The notes below the pieces were generated by a model, which saw only the letters and a program-made list of their open reading frames with translations, did no database searches and was not told the DNA's origin. Positions 29,813 through 41,200 of a DNA stretch of 64,000 nt are shown here, piece after piece. Made by a program: the position numbers and the translations under genes. Source of the DNA: Candidatus Zixiibacteriota bacterium (GTDB lineage Bacteria > Zixibacteria > MSB-5A5 > GN15 > FEB-12); contig JBGSIV010000299.1 of NCBI GenBank assembly GCA_041742355.1, forward strand, positions 1-64,000. The letters run 5' to 3'. Positions within the stretch are counted from its first letter, which is position 1. Every line of letters starts with the position of its first letter.

Positions 29813-31768
29813 ATGGCGATGGATCAGCAGACAGAGCACGCATCTGAGCGTGACAAGACCCCGGTAACGCACGATGCCTACGACAACTACGAGTTGCCTG
29901 TCGAAGGATTCAAGGGGACCGCGGAGGAGATCGAGCGCCAGTGGTACGAGAAGTGCTACCGCGGGCGCGGCGATACCATTAAACAGCTCACCTGGCGTGC
30001 TGTCATCATGGGATCGGTGTTGGGGGGAGTTTTGTCGCTGACCAACATCTACATCGGGCTCAAGGCCGGATGGGGGTTCGGTGTGGCCATCACCGCCTGC
30101 ATTTTGTCGTACGCGATCTGGACCCTCCTCTTCAAGATGAGGCTCGCTCACACCCAGATGACCATTCTGGAGAACAACTGCATGCAGTCTACCGCCAGTG
30201 CCGCGGGCTACTCGACCGGCGGTACTCTGGTTTCGGCTTTCGCCGCCTACATCCTGCTGAACAATCAAACGCTCCCGATCCCGCTCATGCTGGCCTGGGT
30301 TTTCTTCATTGCCATTCTGGGCGTGACCATGGCCGTCCCTATGAAGCGGCAGATGATAAATGTCGAGCAGCTCCGCTTTCCCAGCGGGATCGCCGCAGCG
30401 GAAACGCTTCGGGCGTTGCATGCCACGGGGCAAAAGGGAATGCGCGCTGCGCGTGCCCTCGGGATCTCCGGCCTCCTGGCCATGGTAAGCGCCTTTCTAA
30501 CCGATGGACTCAGGCTTGTAAGCACTCGCCTTGAGTCTCTCCAACTCTCATCTCTGGTGGCCCGCTTCAGCTCGGCGACCCTTGGCGAGACCTGGATCGG
30601 CCGGACTGTTACCTTCGCCTGGGATCCGATCTTCATCGCGGCCGGCATGTTCGTCGGTATGCGAGTGGCGATCAGTATGCTCGTCGGTTCGATTACCTGC
30701 TGGATGATTTTCGTGCCCTGGCTTCAGGCCAATGTCCCTGAGGCTGCCGGAGTGACCGGTTTCCGGTCCCTGGTTCAGTGGTCGCTCTGGGCCGGCACTG
30801 CCTGCATGGTCACATCCGGGATCCTCGCGGTGGGTTTTGAGTGGCGCAGCGCCCTTCGTGCATTCCGCGGTCTCGGAGATATGTTTACGAAGCGCGGCGG
30901 CAAGAAACTGGATGAGCTCACTGCGATCGAGACGCCTGGCTCGTGGTTTGTCATCGGACAGGTGGTTGCGCTGATCGCCCTGGCAATCCTCTCGCATGTC
31001 ACCTTTGCCATGCCCTACTGGCAGAGCTTCGTCGCCGTACTCCTCAGTTTCGCGCTCGCTCTGGTCGCCTGCCGGGTCACGGGTGAAACCGACACCACCC
31101 CGGTCGGGGCCATGGGTAAGATTACCCAGTTGACCTTTGGGGCTCTCTCGCCCGGCAACATGAATGTCAACCTGATGGCGGCCAACATCACCGCCGGCGC
31201 AGCTACCTCCTCGGCCGACTTGCTTACCGACCTCAAGAGCGGATACCTGCTGGGTGCCCACCCCCGCAAGCAGTTCATCGCTCAGTTCGCCGGGATCTTC
31301 GCCGGAACCCTGGTCACTGTGGCGGCCTTCAGCATCCTGGTTCCGAATGCCAGCGTGCTTGGCACGGATCAGTTCCCGGCTCCGGCCGCGCAGACTTGGA
31401 AGGGCGTCGCTGAGGCCATGGCGCAGGGCCTCAGCACCATGCACCCGGTCAAGATCTGGTGCATCGTAATCGGCGGTCTCGTCGGGCTCATCCTCCCGAT
31501 TCTTTCCCGTCTCTTCCCCAAACAGAACAAGTGGATTCCGTCGGCGGCTGGTATCGGTCTGGCCTGGGTTTTCCAGTGGTTCTACGGCTTCCTGTTTTTC
31601 CTCGGCGCCGTGATTGGCTGGGTCTGGCAGAAGAAGAACCCGAAGCAGAGTGAGGAGTATCTGTTCCCGGTAGCGTCCGGTATCGTTGCCGGCGGCGCAC
31701 TCATGGGAGTCGTGCTGGTCTTCTGGGAGAGCGGCTGGGAGATCATTCGTCAGTTCCTCGGTCTGTAG
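29813..31768 (+). CDS. OPT-family oligopeptide/metal-chelate transporter
   Basis: QLTWRAVI, NIYIGLKAG, LENNCMQSTASA, LRFPSG, DLLTDLKSGYLLG, FPAPAA; AAGGAG RBS before ATG 29813. Confidence 0.92.
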   Translation: MAMDQQTEHASERDKTPVTHDAYDNYELPVEGFKGTAEEIERQWYEKCYRGRGDTIKQLTWRAVIMGSVLGGVLSLTNIYIGLKAGWGFGVAITACILSYAIWTLLFKMRLAHTQMTILENNCMQSTASAAGYSTGGTLVSAFAAYILLNNQTLPIPLMLAWVFFIAILGVTMAVPMKRQMINVEQLRFPSGIAAAETLRALHATGQKGMRAARALGISGLLAMVSAFLTDGLRLVSTRLESLQLSSLVARFSSATLGETWIGRTVTFAWDPIFIAAGMFVGMRVAISMLVGSITCWMIFVPWLQANVPEAAGVTGFRSLVQWSLWAGTACMVTSGILAVGFEWRSALRAFRGLGDMFTKRGGKKLDELTAIETPGSWFVIGQVVALIALAILSHVTFAMPYWQSFVAVLLSFALALVACRVTGETDTTPVGAMGKITQLTFGALSPGNMNVNLMAANITAGAATSSADLLTDLKSGYLLGAHPRKQFIAQFAGIFAGTLVTVAAFSILVPNASVLGTDQFPAPAAQTWKGVAEAMAQGLSTMHPVKIWCIVIGGLVGLILPILSRLFPKQNKWIPSAAGIGLAWVFQWFYGFLFFLGAVIGWVWQKKNPKQSEEYLFPVASGIVAGGALMGVVLVFWESGWEIIRQFLGL

Positions 31769-31812
31769 ATTTCGTCCCCGCCGCGCAATGCGCGATGGAG
31801 GCAGAGTACCTA

Positions 31813-31848
31813 AAGAGGGCAGGTCAGCCGACCTGCCCTCTTCTTTTT
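31813..31848 (+). terminator. Rho-independent terminator
   Basis: AAGAGGGCAGGTC-agcc-GACCTGCCCTCTT followed by a T tract. Confidence 0.85.
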
Positions 31849-31963
31849 GGGCAATCGGGCTGTTGAAACGGGTCGATTTCCCTACCCGGGACTGTCCGTG
31901 CGGTCCTGAATCATGGCTGCGGGGAATAGCTGGGGGAGGGGATGCGGTACGGAGTGGACTGCC

Positions 31964-33571
31964 TTAGACCGACGGGAATGATATCTGGATCCGGGTGTAC
32001 GAGCCCGGTTCGGTGTCGACGTTGATAGTGGCGTGATGACCGGCAATGATACGGGCGCAAGTGACCAGACCGAATCCATGGCCATCGCGCTTGGTGGTGA
32101 ACCGCTGCAGGAAGAGCTTCTCGCGAACTTCGGGCGGCATGCCGCAGCCGTTGTCGGCCACCAGCAGTATCACGCGGTCCCGGTCGACAGTGGTGCGAAC
32201 CGTGATCTCCCCTTCGCTGCGACCCGCTTCACGAATAGCGTCGGCTGAATTATTGATGAGGTTCATCAGCACCTGGGTGATGCGGTCGGTATCGACCTCA
32301 ACCGCCGGAAGGTTGGGATCGAAATCACTGATCACCCTGATTGCCTTGAAACGGCTCTGAATCCGGAGAAAGGTGATTACGTTCGAGGCCAGGTCATTCA
32401 ATGAAGCGAGCTGTGTCTGCAACTGCCCCTTCCGGTTGTCCATGAGTTCGGTTGTGAACCGATCAAGGTGACGGACATTTTCGAGGACTCGGCCCAGGTA
32501 GCTCTCCGCTTTTGCTCTATCACCGCGCTTGATTGCGATCTGGGTCAGTTCCACTCCCCCGTGCAGCACCGCCAGAATGTTGCGGATCTCATGCGCTATG
32601 GAAGACACCATGGCGCCCCGTTCCGCTAGTTTCTCCAGTTCCAGAAGTTGAGACTCAGTCTCCCGCGCATGCGAGACATCGTCGAGCAGGAGGACCTTGT
32701 CGCAGTGAGAGGCGGCGCCACCGTAAATCCGCGCTAGTGACAGGCTGTACACCCGCCCCGATTGGCTGTCAAGCACGGTGCACGGCTCGGGCTGGCCGGC
32801 CGATTCCTCCGTGAGGAAGCGACGAACCGCCCGCGGCAGTTCTATGGTGGTCAGGATTTCGGTCAAGGGTGGCGTGGTGTCGCCGAGATCCACTTCGCCG
32901 CCGGTCATGTCCAGGACCAGCGTGCGTGCCGTCTGATTGAGCATGCGCGGTTTTCCCGTGGCGCTGCACACGAACATGGCCTGCGGTACGTCGTCGAGCA
33001 GCGACGCATACCACTGTTTGGTAGCCGAGAGATCGGACAGCAGGTATGAGTTGGTCAGCAGAGGGGTGACGGACGCCACGACCGCTTTGAGCCGGGTCAC
33101 GTCATCCTCATCGAGCGTCTGGCCATCGTGCTTACGGCCCACTCCGATGAAACCGAAAAGAGTCTGCTTGTGCACGAGCGGAACGACGGCACTCAGGCCG
33201 TACCTCTGGAGGAGGCAGATACTTTCGGGTGCTCGATCCGACCAATCATCAGTGCAGTGGCCCAGGCAGGGCGAGGATTCATGCTCCAGGCACCTCCAGC
33301 ATCGGACGGAGCCGGTATCGGGCAACTCCCGCTCCCGGTTCGCCAGGGGACCAACAGCGTATACGGTGGGATGGACGGACGGGATGCCCAATCTGCGAAT
33401 AATCGCCATGACGCCGGGAACTGCAACCTGCCCCGACAGTGTCAGGAGCAGGGAGTGCATCAGCTGCCCGAAATCGGAGTCAGCCGCAAACTGGGCCGCG
33501 AGCTGATGCAGCGCGCCAAGCGCCAGTGCGTCGCGTTCCATAGCCGCAGTGGGTTCAGTCGTCGGTAGCAC
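31964..33571 (-). CDS. Cytoplasmic sensor histidine kinase (GAF-like, PAS-like, HisKA, HATPase)
   Basis: SIAHEIRN, QVLMNLINNS, DNGCGM, FTTK, GHGFGL. Confidence 0.9.
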   Translation of the reverse strand: MLPTTEPTAAMERDALALGALHQLAAQFAADSDFGQLMHSLLLTLSGQVAVPGVMAIIRRLGIPSVHPTVYAVGPLANRERELPDTGSVRCWRCLEHESSPCLGHCTDDWSDRAPESICLLQRYGLSAVVPLVHKQTLFGFIGVGRKHDGQTLDEDDVTRLKAVVASVTPLLTNSYLLSDLSATKQWYASLLDDVPQAMFVCSATGKPRMLNQTARTLVLDMTGGEVDLGDTTPPLTEILTTIELPRAVRRFLTEESAGQPEPCTVLDSQSGRVYSLSLARIYGGAASHCDKVLLLDDVSHARETESQLLELEKLAERGAMVSSIAHEIRNILAVLHGGVELTQIAIKRGDRAKAESYLGRVLENVRHLDRFTTELMDNRKGQLQTQLASLNDLASNVITFLRIQSRFKAIRVISDFDPNLPAVEVDTDRITQVLMNLINNSADAIREAGRSEGEITVRTTVDRDRVILLVADNGCGMPPEVREKLFLQRFTTKRDGHGFGLVTCARIIAGHHATINVDTEPGSYTRIQISFPSV

Positions 33572-33596
33572 TATCGCATTCCTCGGCCGGCCGGTG

Positions 33597-33944
33597 TCAT
33601 GACTGCGGAACCGCTTCCGTCAGCGTCACCGCCTCTTCGAGCGATTGCCTGACCGTGAAGTAGGTATCCAGGTCCAGTACTTTCAGGACGTGCAGAACCG
33701 TCGGGGACACCTGACACAGGATCAGGTCGCCGCCCTGATCCCTGAAGGTGTTTACCGTTCCCAGCAGCGCGCCCACCCCGGCCGAAGAAATGAACTCGAG
33801 CCGGGCCATATCGATGATGACGAAGCGAACTCCGCCCGCCCTTGCCGAGACGAGCGACTCCACCATGCTCGATGCATTGTAGTTGTCCAGCATTACTCCC
33901 GGTGAGATCACCAGTACCTGGCTGGACAACAATCTCTTATCCAT
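33597..33944 (-). CDS. STAS domain anti-anti-sigma factor (RsbV/SpoIIAA-like)
   Basis: IIDMARLEFISSAGVG with the phosphoacceptor Ser. Confidence 0.92.
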   Translation of the reverse strand: MDKRLLSSQVLVISPGVMLDNYNASSMVESLVSARAGGVRFVIIDMARLEFISSAGVGALLGTVNTFRDQGGDLILCQVSPTVLHVLKVLDLDTYFTVRQSLEEAVTLTEAVPQS

Positions 33945-33960
33945 AGCCGATCCTTTCGAA

Positions 33961-34701
33961 TCACGTTGACCATTGCTTTACTGCGGTGCAGACGTTCAGT
34001 ACTCCCAGATGGCGCTCATACGAAACGCTATCGGCCAGTTTTGCTATCATTGTCAGGCCGTACCCCCGGGTTCGTCGGCTTTCGGCGGCCTCGAGAGGCA
34101 TCACCCCGGCCCGTCGGACCGTAGGGTCGAACGGCACGCCGCCGTCGATGAATTTCAGGCTGATCGAATGCCGGTTCTCTGATGTAGATACGACGGCCGT
34201 GACGACGATTACGTCGTTTGAGTCGAGTTCGCCGTGGTACATGATGTTCGAGGCCATTTCATAGAAGATCGTGCGAATATCCATGGCGGCCAGTTCCGGC
34301 ATCGGCAGCTGCCCGAGATACCGCTCGAACCGCTCCAATGCCTCACGAATGGACGTGTCCGCAACCGGGATGGTATCGGCGTAGCCCGCCGTGGTATCCG
34401 ACACTTTGAACGGGAAGAAGGCTTCCAGGTCGAGCAGCCGGAGCACCCGGATGAGCTCTGGACGCACGCCAACCAGCCGCAGAGTCGAACCCCGTTTCGC
34501 GCTCAGATCGCGGGCGATCCACATGAGGCGAATATGACCGGAGTAAACGACCCCTAAATCCGAGCAATCCAGCAGCAGTTCATGCGGCTTCGCCATGAGC
34601 GCTCGCATGACTGCAGACTCGAAGTCTTGCCCGGACCGATCCTCTACCGAAACCGGCAGCGCAACCACCACCCGCTCCGATATGTCAGACGGATGCAGCA
34701 T
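33961..34701 (-). CDS. STAS plus RsbW-type serine kinase fusion
   Basis: Degenerate STAS (LLDCSDLGVVYSG) followed by EMASNIMYHG, DGGVPFDP, RGYGL. Confidence 0.85.
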   Translation of the reverse strand: MLHPSDISERVVVALPVSVEDRSGQDFESAVMRALMAKPHELLLDCSDLGVVYSGHIRLMWIARDLSAKRGSTLRLVGVRPELIRVLRLLDLEAFFPFKVSDTTAGYADTIPVADTSIREALERFERYLGQLPMPELAAMDIRTIFYEMASNIMYHGELDSNDVIVVTAVVSTSENRHSISLKFIDGGVPFDPTVRRAGVMPLEAAESRRTRGYGLTMIAKLADSVSYERHLGVLNVCTAVKQWST

Positions 34702-36283
34702 ACCAGTCGATCTCCTGTCCGGTTCGCGCTATCGGATTTCCGCGCCACTTCATGGCCACCAGCGTGATATCGTCAAACTGGGGCGCCGAGCCGACGAAAG
34801 TGCAGTGGTCCTCCAAGGTGCTGTTGATGAAGTCGGCCGGCTCCAATTGCCGCTTTGTCAGCAACGCCTGTGTCAGGCGGTCCATGCCGTACTCCGTTCC
34901 TTCCGGGTTGCGCGCCTCGTTGACACCATCGGTAAATTGCACGAGCCAGTCTCCGGCGGTCAACTCGATCCTTTGGCTTTCGATACGCTGATCGAACACC
35001 GCCGGCTCCATGAGCCCGAGGGGATACCCCGGCGGTCGCACCAGGGAGGTCGTCCCTTGGGTCGATGAAATCCAGATGATGGGATTGTGGCCGGCGGACG
35101 CCACGGCCACGTGCCCGGTACGGAGATCCAGCAGGCCGTAGAGCATGGTGACGAACATGCCTTTGCGAATTGTTCCGAGAAGTTCCCGATTCAGATCGCA
35201 CATAACCTGGCGAGGATCGCGGTCGGGCGTGGCCACACTGCGGATTATGTCGCGGGTCATCAGCATGAACAGCATGCCGGGGAGGGACTTGCCTGACACA
35301 TCGGCGATCAGAAAACCCAGTCGATGATTGTCGAACGGCAGGAAGTCGTAGTAGTCCCCACCAACCTGATTGGCGCTGATGTAGGTGCCGCAGAACTCAT
35401 AGCTCGGCCCGGTGGGGAACTTGCGCGGGAGAATGCCAATCTGAATTTCGCGGGCAATCTCCAGTTCGCGCACCATGCGGTCTGTCTGAAGACGCTCCTC
35501 CTGGGTCGTCCGCAGATGGATGCCCATGACCCTCAGTGTCTCGGCTAGATAGGCCAATTCGTTCTTCCCTCCGACAGGAATATCCAAGGACGGATTGGAC
35601 GGATCGACATTGCGCAGGTGCGTGACAATCGTGCTGATCGGCCGCAGCTTTCGGCTGACCAGCCAGAGAACCATGGGGATCCCGATGAGAATCGTCACCA
35701 GCGTCACCGTGGTAACGGTTACGATCGAGTTCGTCCGGGCCTTTTGGATCTTCTCCGTCGGGAAAGCCAGGGCCAGATGGCCGATGGTCACCTGGCGCTC
35801 CCGGATCGGCACGTAGATGTAAAGCGTGTCCTGCACGGTATACGCCCGAGAGTCGTACGGGCCGGTCTGAACGTCGGCTGGTGTGACCGGCAGTCTGAGC
35901 CGGCCGCCGCCGGTTAGAAGCCGAATGTCAGTATGCGCGAGAAACAGCCCCTGGTCATCGGCTACGCCCGACCAGTACAGCTCGGGGTTGGTGGCCGCAA
36001 GCTCACGACACAAACTGCTTAGTCGGAGCACATCGGGGCCATCGGGGCTCAGGATATCCTTGGCTGCCGAGGCCGCATGGGACCGCGCCTGGATCAGCAA
36101 CTGATTGACGACATTCGACGTTACCTCCGTCACATACTGGCGGGTGAAGAGGTAACCGGCAACAGACATCAGGACCGTCACCAGTACCACCAGGTACAGG
36201 GGGAATTCCCACCGCAGTGAGCGGCGGTACTGACGGGCATCCGGCCACTCTGGAGATCGTTCGACAGCGGGATTAGTCGCCAT
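34685..36283 (-). CDS. Membrane PP2C/SpoIIE (RsbU-like) phosphatase with periplasmic sensor and HAMP domain
   Basis: Two TM helices, HAMP, ELEIAREIQ, VGGDYYD, ADVSGK, FTDGVNEA, DDITLV. Confidence 0.92.
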   Translation of the reverse strand: MATNPAVERSPEWPDARQYRRSLRWEFPLYLVVLVTVLMSVAGYLFTRQYVTEVTSNVVNQLLIQARSHAASAAKDILSPDGPDVLRLSSLCRELAATNPELYWSGVADDQGLFLAHTDIRLLTGGGRLRLPVTPADVQTGPYDSRAYTVQDTLYIYVPIRERQVTIGHLALAFPTEKIQKARTNSIVTVTTVTLVTILIGIPMVLWLVSRKLRPISTIVTHLRNVDPSNPSLDIPVGGKNELAYLAETLRVMGIHLRTTQEERLQTDRMVRELEIAREIQIGILPRKFPTGPSYEFCGTYISANQVGGDYYDFLPFDNHRLGFLIADVSGKSLPGMLFMLMTRDIIRSVATPDRDPRQVMCDLNRELLGTIRKGMFVTMLYGLLDLRTGHVAVASAGHNPIIWISSTQGTTSLVRPPGYPLGLMEPAVFDQRIESQRIELTAGDWLVQFTDGVNEARNPEGTEYGMDRLTQALLTKRQLEPADFINSTLEDHCTFVGSAPQFDDITLVAMKWRGNPIARTGQEIDWYAASV

Positions 36284-38279
36284 AACCGGCCTCCGCCAGG
36301 CGAGCCATCTCCCCGCGCGTTCTGGCAATGTAATTGCTGATCTCGGGGTTGCCGGGGACCATTCGAAGGGCCTTCTCCCACACCGCAATGGCCTCGGGGA
36401 GGCGATTCTTCCCGTAGTAGTCAATGCCGGACAGCTTGTAGGCCTGGAGCAGGTAGTCCCGGACCGAACGATAGTCCGGCGCCAGCCGATGGGCCAGTTC
36501 CCAGTGTGAGATCGCTCCGCTCAGGTCACCCTGGGCGAAGGCCTGCTGCCCGGCCAGGTAGGATGCCTCGGCCTCTTTCCGTATGGTGGCGCTGAGTTTC
36601 GTTGGAGCAGTTGTTTCTTTCACCGGCGCGACCGCCGCAACGTCGCCGTTCACCTTCTTCATATTCTCCCGGAAGATCGCCGGCCAGCCATGATCCGGGA
36701 ACGACAGACTGACGGAGTCGGCGAACTGCGCAGCGAGAGCATAATTGCCGTCGCCCGCGGCCCTCTCAGCCTCGGCTCTCCAGGCTTCGAATCGCAGCCG
36801 GCTCCCGGCCCCGGAGATGCCCGGATACCGCGATGCGTAGGGCGCGATCGTGCGGTGCAGCGCCCCCGCCTCTTCGATCTTGCCCAGACTGACGAGGGAA
36901 TCAAGCGTGAAGAGCGCATTCGAAACCATGCGTTCCTGTGCGGCGGCATCCTCCAGGGCCTGATCGGTGCGCGCTATCAGATCCAGTGCAGCAGGGGAAG
37001 AGGCGTCCAGCGCCAGGGCCATTCCGGCATAGTGTCGTGCACCCAGGAGATCTCCCTGCCGGAATTTCGCTGTGGCCGAATCGACGAGCTGCCCGAGCTG
37101 ACGGTCGCGGTCTCTCCTCTCCCGCAGATTGTGTGCCTCCGTCGCCAGCGCGGCAACTGCGGCCGTATCACCACCGGACACTCGAGTCAGGAACAGGGCC
37201 CGGTCAAGACTAATCGATGCGTCTGTCAGGGCGCCGGACGCCAGTGCCGCCTGTCCGGCAGCAATCAGGTCGTGAATCATCGCCTCCTGCTGGCCCTTGA
37301 CTCGAGAAGCCATAATCCGGTTGAATTCCTGCTCGCGGCGCTGATCCCGGGCCATCCGGCGATCGTCGGCGGACGAGCCGATAAGCGTCGTGATCGAGAA
37401 CATGTGGACGCTTCCCAGATCCCGGTCGACCAGCGCGTAATCGAACGTCAGGGGACCGGCACGGAAGCCCGCTCCGCACGACAGCTTCCCGGACTCCCAT
37501 CCGCCGCGGAGCGTCAGCATATCCTGGAAGCCGTACTCTGCTCCCACCGAGGTCTGAACATCCGCCCCATCGCTCGCGCCCGCGCTCATGAGAATGCCGG
37601 CACTGTGGTCGCCGTGGTTGGGAGCAAGCTCTATTCGGGTACCGAAGTCGACGCGGAAAGGCAGCTTAACCGCGTCGTCCAGGAGCGTCAGCCGCGGACT
37701 CACCACGTTCCGCAGCACGACGGTCACATCCACCGATGGTGACCATGCAAACGGCGGCGTGATCGTTCGGCCGAACGCGACACTGATCCCGGGGGATGAT
37801 GTCGCCGACCGGTCGGCCAGCGCATGGTGTTCGAAGTGGGTCGCCACACCGAGCCGATAGCTCCCCAGCATCCGGCCGTACGCAGCGTACAGCGCAAGCC
37901 GCTGCTCCGAAATGTACCCGAGCATCAAATTGCGGTCGTCACGTTTCTCGATACCGTCGACTCCAAGGCGGAAGACGCCTAGGCCGAAGGTTCCCATATC
38001 AAGGGTCGGCCAAGCTGCCCCGGCGTACTGGTAGGCGACGTCAGAGTCGAACAGACGGCTGTAGAACCCGGCGGCGGTCAGGTACTGTGCGGAGGCAAGG
38101 TTCGACGGATTCCAATAGGGCGCCGTGGCCGCGTCGGACACGACGACACCGGCGCCGCCGAGAGACAACTCCCGTGCCCCTGCGCCGAGGCTGAACGGGG
38201 AATCACTGCCTCCGTCGTCGGCGCACACGGTCCCGGCCAGCAGGCCGAGCAGCCCGATGAGAAGCCCTGCCATCTTCAT
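36273..38279 (-). CDS. PorV/PorQ-like outer-membrane barrel fused to a C-terminal helical/TPR region
   Basis: Signal peptide; GAGARELSLGGA...YWNPSNL; AEYGF...LRGGW...DYA; TPR-like C-terminus (AIAVWEKALRMVPGN). ATG overlaps the upstream stop. Confidence 0.8.
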   Translation of the reverse strand: MKMAGLLIGLLGLLAGTVCADDGGSDSPFSLGAGARELSLGGAGVVVSDAATAPYWNPSNLASAQYLTAAGFYSRLFDSDVAYQYAGAAWPTLDMGTFGLGVFRLGVDGIEKRDDRNLMLGYISEQRLALYAAYGRMLGSYRLGVATHFEHHALADRSATSSPGISVAFGRTITPPFAWSPSVDVTVVLRNVVSPRLTLLDDAVKLPFRVDFGTRIELAPNHGDHSAGILMSAGASDGADVQTSVGAEYGFQDMLTLRGGWESGKLSCGAGFRAGPLTFDYALVDRDLGSVHMFSITTLIGSSADDRRMARDQRREQEFNRIMASRVKGQQEAMIHDLIAAGQAALASGALTDASISLDRALFLTRVSGGDTAAVAALATEAHNLRERRDRDRQLGQLVDSATAKFRQGDLLGARHYAGMALALDASSPAALDLIARTDQALEDAAAQERMVSNALFTLDSLVSLGKIEEAGALHRTIAPYASRYPGISGAGSRLRFEAWRAEAERAAGDGNYALAAQFADSVSLSFPDHGWPAIFRENMKKVNGDVAAVAPVKETTAPTKLSATIRKEAEASYLAGQQAFAQGDLSGAISHWELAHRLAPDYRSVRDYLLQAYKLSGIDYYGKNRLPEAIAVWEKALRMVPGNPEISNYIARTRGEMARLAEAGYGD

Positions 38280-41200
38280 CGAATCACCGCCACTTTCCGC
38301 TGCAACGACTCTTCCCCTCCCGACAGGTATCGTATCGTCAGCCGGCACAGGTAGGTCCCGGGCAGCACCTCGCGCCCCTTCTGGTTTTCGCCGTACCATT
38401 TGTCGGCCTGATGCTGCCCCGTCTCGCGATATTCATCCACCGCGAGGTCGGTGACCAGATCGCCCGTGATGGTATACAGAGAGATCGACACATGAGCCGG
38501 TTCGGCCAGCATGTAGGTAATTGTTGTCCCGTTGCCGTCAGCAGCGTTGAACGGATTGGGGTAATTTGTAAACGACGCTGCAATGGTCGCCGCCGTGACC
38601 GACAATTCGGTCCCGCGAAGTGGATAGGTCCCCTCTGCAACGAGTGGAAGTACCGCAGTGTGCAGCAGCGGATCCTGAAGCGTCAACGAGAGCGAATCCA
38701 TAAACGCAAACGAGTAATTCGCCGGTGTGGCGGTCGACTTGATATCGCCGGTCAGCCTGAGTTGGTGACTTGCTCCGGCTGTGAGTACGACCGGCTCGGC
38801 CAGGGCGAAGGTCAGCGGCTGATCGGCCGCCACGGGGAATGTCGCTACCGGGGACTCATCGAGCCACACGCTCACACTGGACACCAGATCCGTCAAATCC
38901 GTTGGGATGAACCCGGCCGCTGTGCGCGTGAACACCTGACCGCTCAGCCCCTGCAACTCGACATCCCCCTGCTGCCCCAGCAGGCTGTAGTCGACATTCA
39001 GTTCCATCAGCGGAACTCCGAATTGTCCCTGATGGACTATGATTACCGAATGGTCCTCGGCCGAAAGCGATGGACGCCCCGCCGGCTGAATGATCGCCGC
39101 CGGACCGATTGCCATGGGGAAACTGAGATCACAGGCCGGGTTGGCCACCACGCGGAGGTCGTGCGCTGGATCGGCGAGATCGCTCAATACGAGGCGGTCG
39201 GACGACTCCACGACGAGCACAAGGCTGTCATGGGGTGCCAGCGCTTCGATGTCGGCCACCAGGCGGACCCTGATCGAATCCTCGGCGCTCAACTGCAGGC
39301 CCGTTTCGCCGAAGCGGAAGTACACGGCGCCGTTGACCAGTTCGACGTACGGCTGGTACCGGGCGGGCTCCCCCTCCACCGAGACGCCTATGCGATCTAA
39401 AAACTTCTGCGGGTCGAGCGGCACACCATCGGTATTGAGCAAATTGGTTTTCACCCCGTCGACCTGAGCCGGCGAGCAATCCTCGCAGGGCGGATAGACG
39501 ATGCTGAACTCTACCAGCTGAACTTCCTCCGAGCCGGCCACAATTGATCCCGGCATCATCGCGGTAACGCAAACTGAGGGTGGCAGGGCGGGTTCGTTGA
39601 TATCCACCCACCCGCCTGCTAATGGAAAAGCCGACGCTGTGCTGAGCACGGTGGTATCGGTGACCGCCAGAATGGTTGCGCCCGAGCCTATTTCCCGAAC
39701 CGACAGGTACGAGCTGTCGGCGATGACCAGCCGGAACCCGCTGTTTAGGGCCGATGAACCAACATCACCGATAAGTTGCAGTGTGCGCGCTTCGCCTGGC
39801 CCGAGTGTGAGCGGTGAGCCCAGGTCGATCTGCACGGGAGTGGTGCTCAGGCCAGCGCCTGACACCGTTCCGTATTCGGTCCCGGCCGACCGCACTGCCA
39901 GGAGGCGGAGCACGGTGGAAGCATCGATAGGATTGCTGTCGCTGTCGACAAAAGCGGCGCGGAGCGATGTGATCTGTATGGGCGACGCACCGACCTCGCC
40001 GGGATGCCGAACTGTAATGTCCATGCATACCACGCCGGTTTGCCCCTGGTTGGCCTGGCGGTCGGTCTGTACCGGACCGGCCACAGCGAGGCTGCCCGCG
40101 GGCAGATCCACCCGGCAAATCGCGGTGCTCAGCGGGAAAGTTTCGGCTGATTGCACGGTTGCCGGTGATCCCGCGTTCGCGTCGTGCACGACGAAAGCCT
40201 CGGGTCCATCGATCGACAGAACAAACGTGGAGGCTTCACAGGCAGAGTCAACATCCACCAGCAGTGCCAGCCGGGCGTCAGCGCCCGGAGTGATGATCAC
40301 CGGCGACGGGAAGGTGAGAGTAACCTGGCTGTCAGCCGGGACCGGGAGCGCCATCGCGTAGTTGGAGAATCCGACTCCCAGCGCCATGAGCGAAAACACC
40401 TGATTTGCGGGTCGGCCTGTCCCGGATGCGTCTCTCACCGTTATGCGCACAGCATCCAATTGCAGCGGAGAGACCGATGCCCCGGTGTCCGGATGAGAAA
40501 CGGTAATCGTGAGGGGAAAGACATTTCGCTGGCCCTGTGTTACCGAGGCCGGGGCGGAGTTCAGCAGACTGACGACTGCAGTCTCGGCCCGCTCCAGGAT
40601 GATCGCCGTCGAGGACACGATGTATGCCGATGAATCGGAGACGGCCGGCGCCACCGCTCGCATTCGCCAGGAAACCTGTCCGGTCTGGAGGGAGGTGAAA
40701 TAGCACCTGAGTTCTCCTGTAGCTCCCGGGCTCAACGTCAAGGTACCGCTGCAGCTGTCCAGTCGGACCGCGGCGATAGTTCCCTCCGGAATCACTTCGG
40801 CCGCGAGGCCGGGCACAGTCACGCCGTAGAGGTTCTGCACATTCAAGCGGACTGCAATCGTCTCTCCAACCGAGTACGTCGAACGAATTTGACCGCAGGA
40901 CACCTGAAGCTGCGATGCGTATACGGTCAACGACGCACCTGAGGCCAGCACGGAGTCTCGGGGGCCGTCGTTGTTCGAGGCGTAGGTGCAGCCATTGAGG
41001 GGAATCCAGGTCTGAATAACGGTCCCCGAAGCGGCATCGGCGGCGATATCGGCGGTAATGATGAGGTAGGGGGGAGATTCCAATATCGGTAAGCCAAGGT
41101 AGGCACTCGTCCACAGGCCGGCGGCATAGAAGCATGGGCCGAGCAGGGAGTCTGTTCCCTGCCAGATCGCGTCGCCGTTACGATCAAGCCAGATCTTCAC

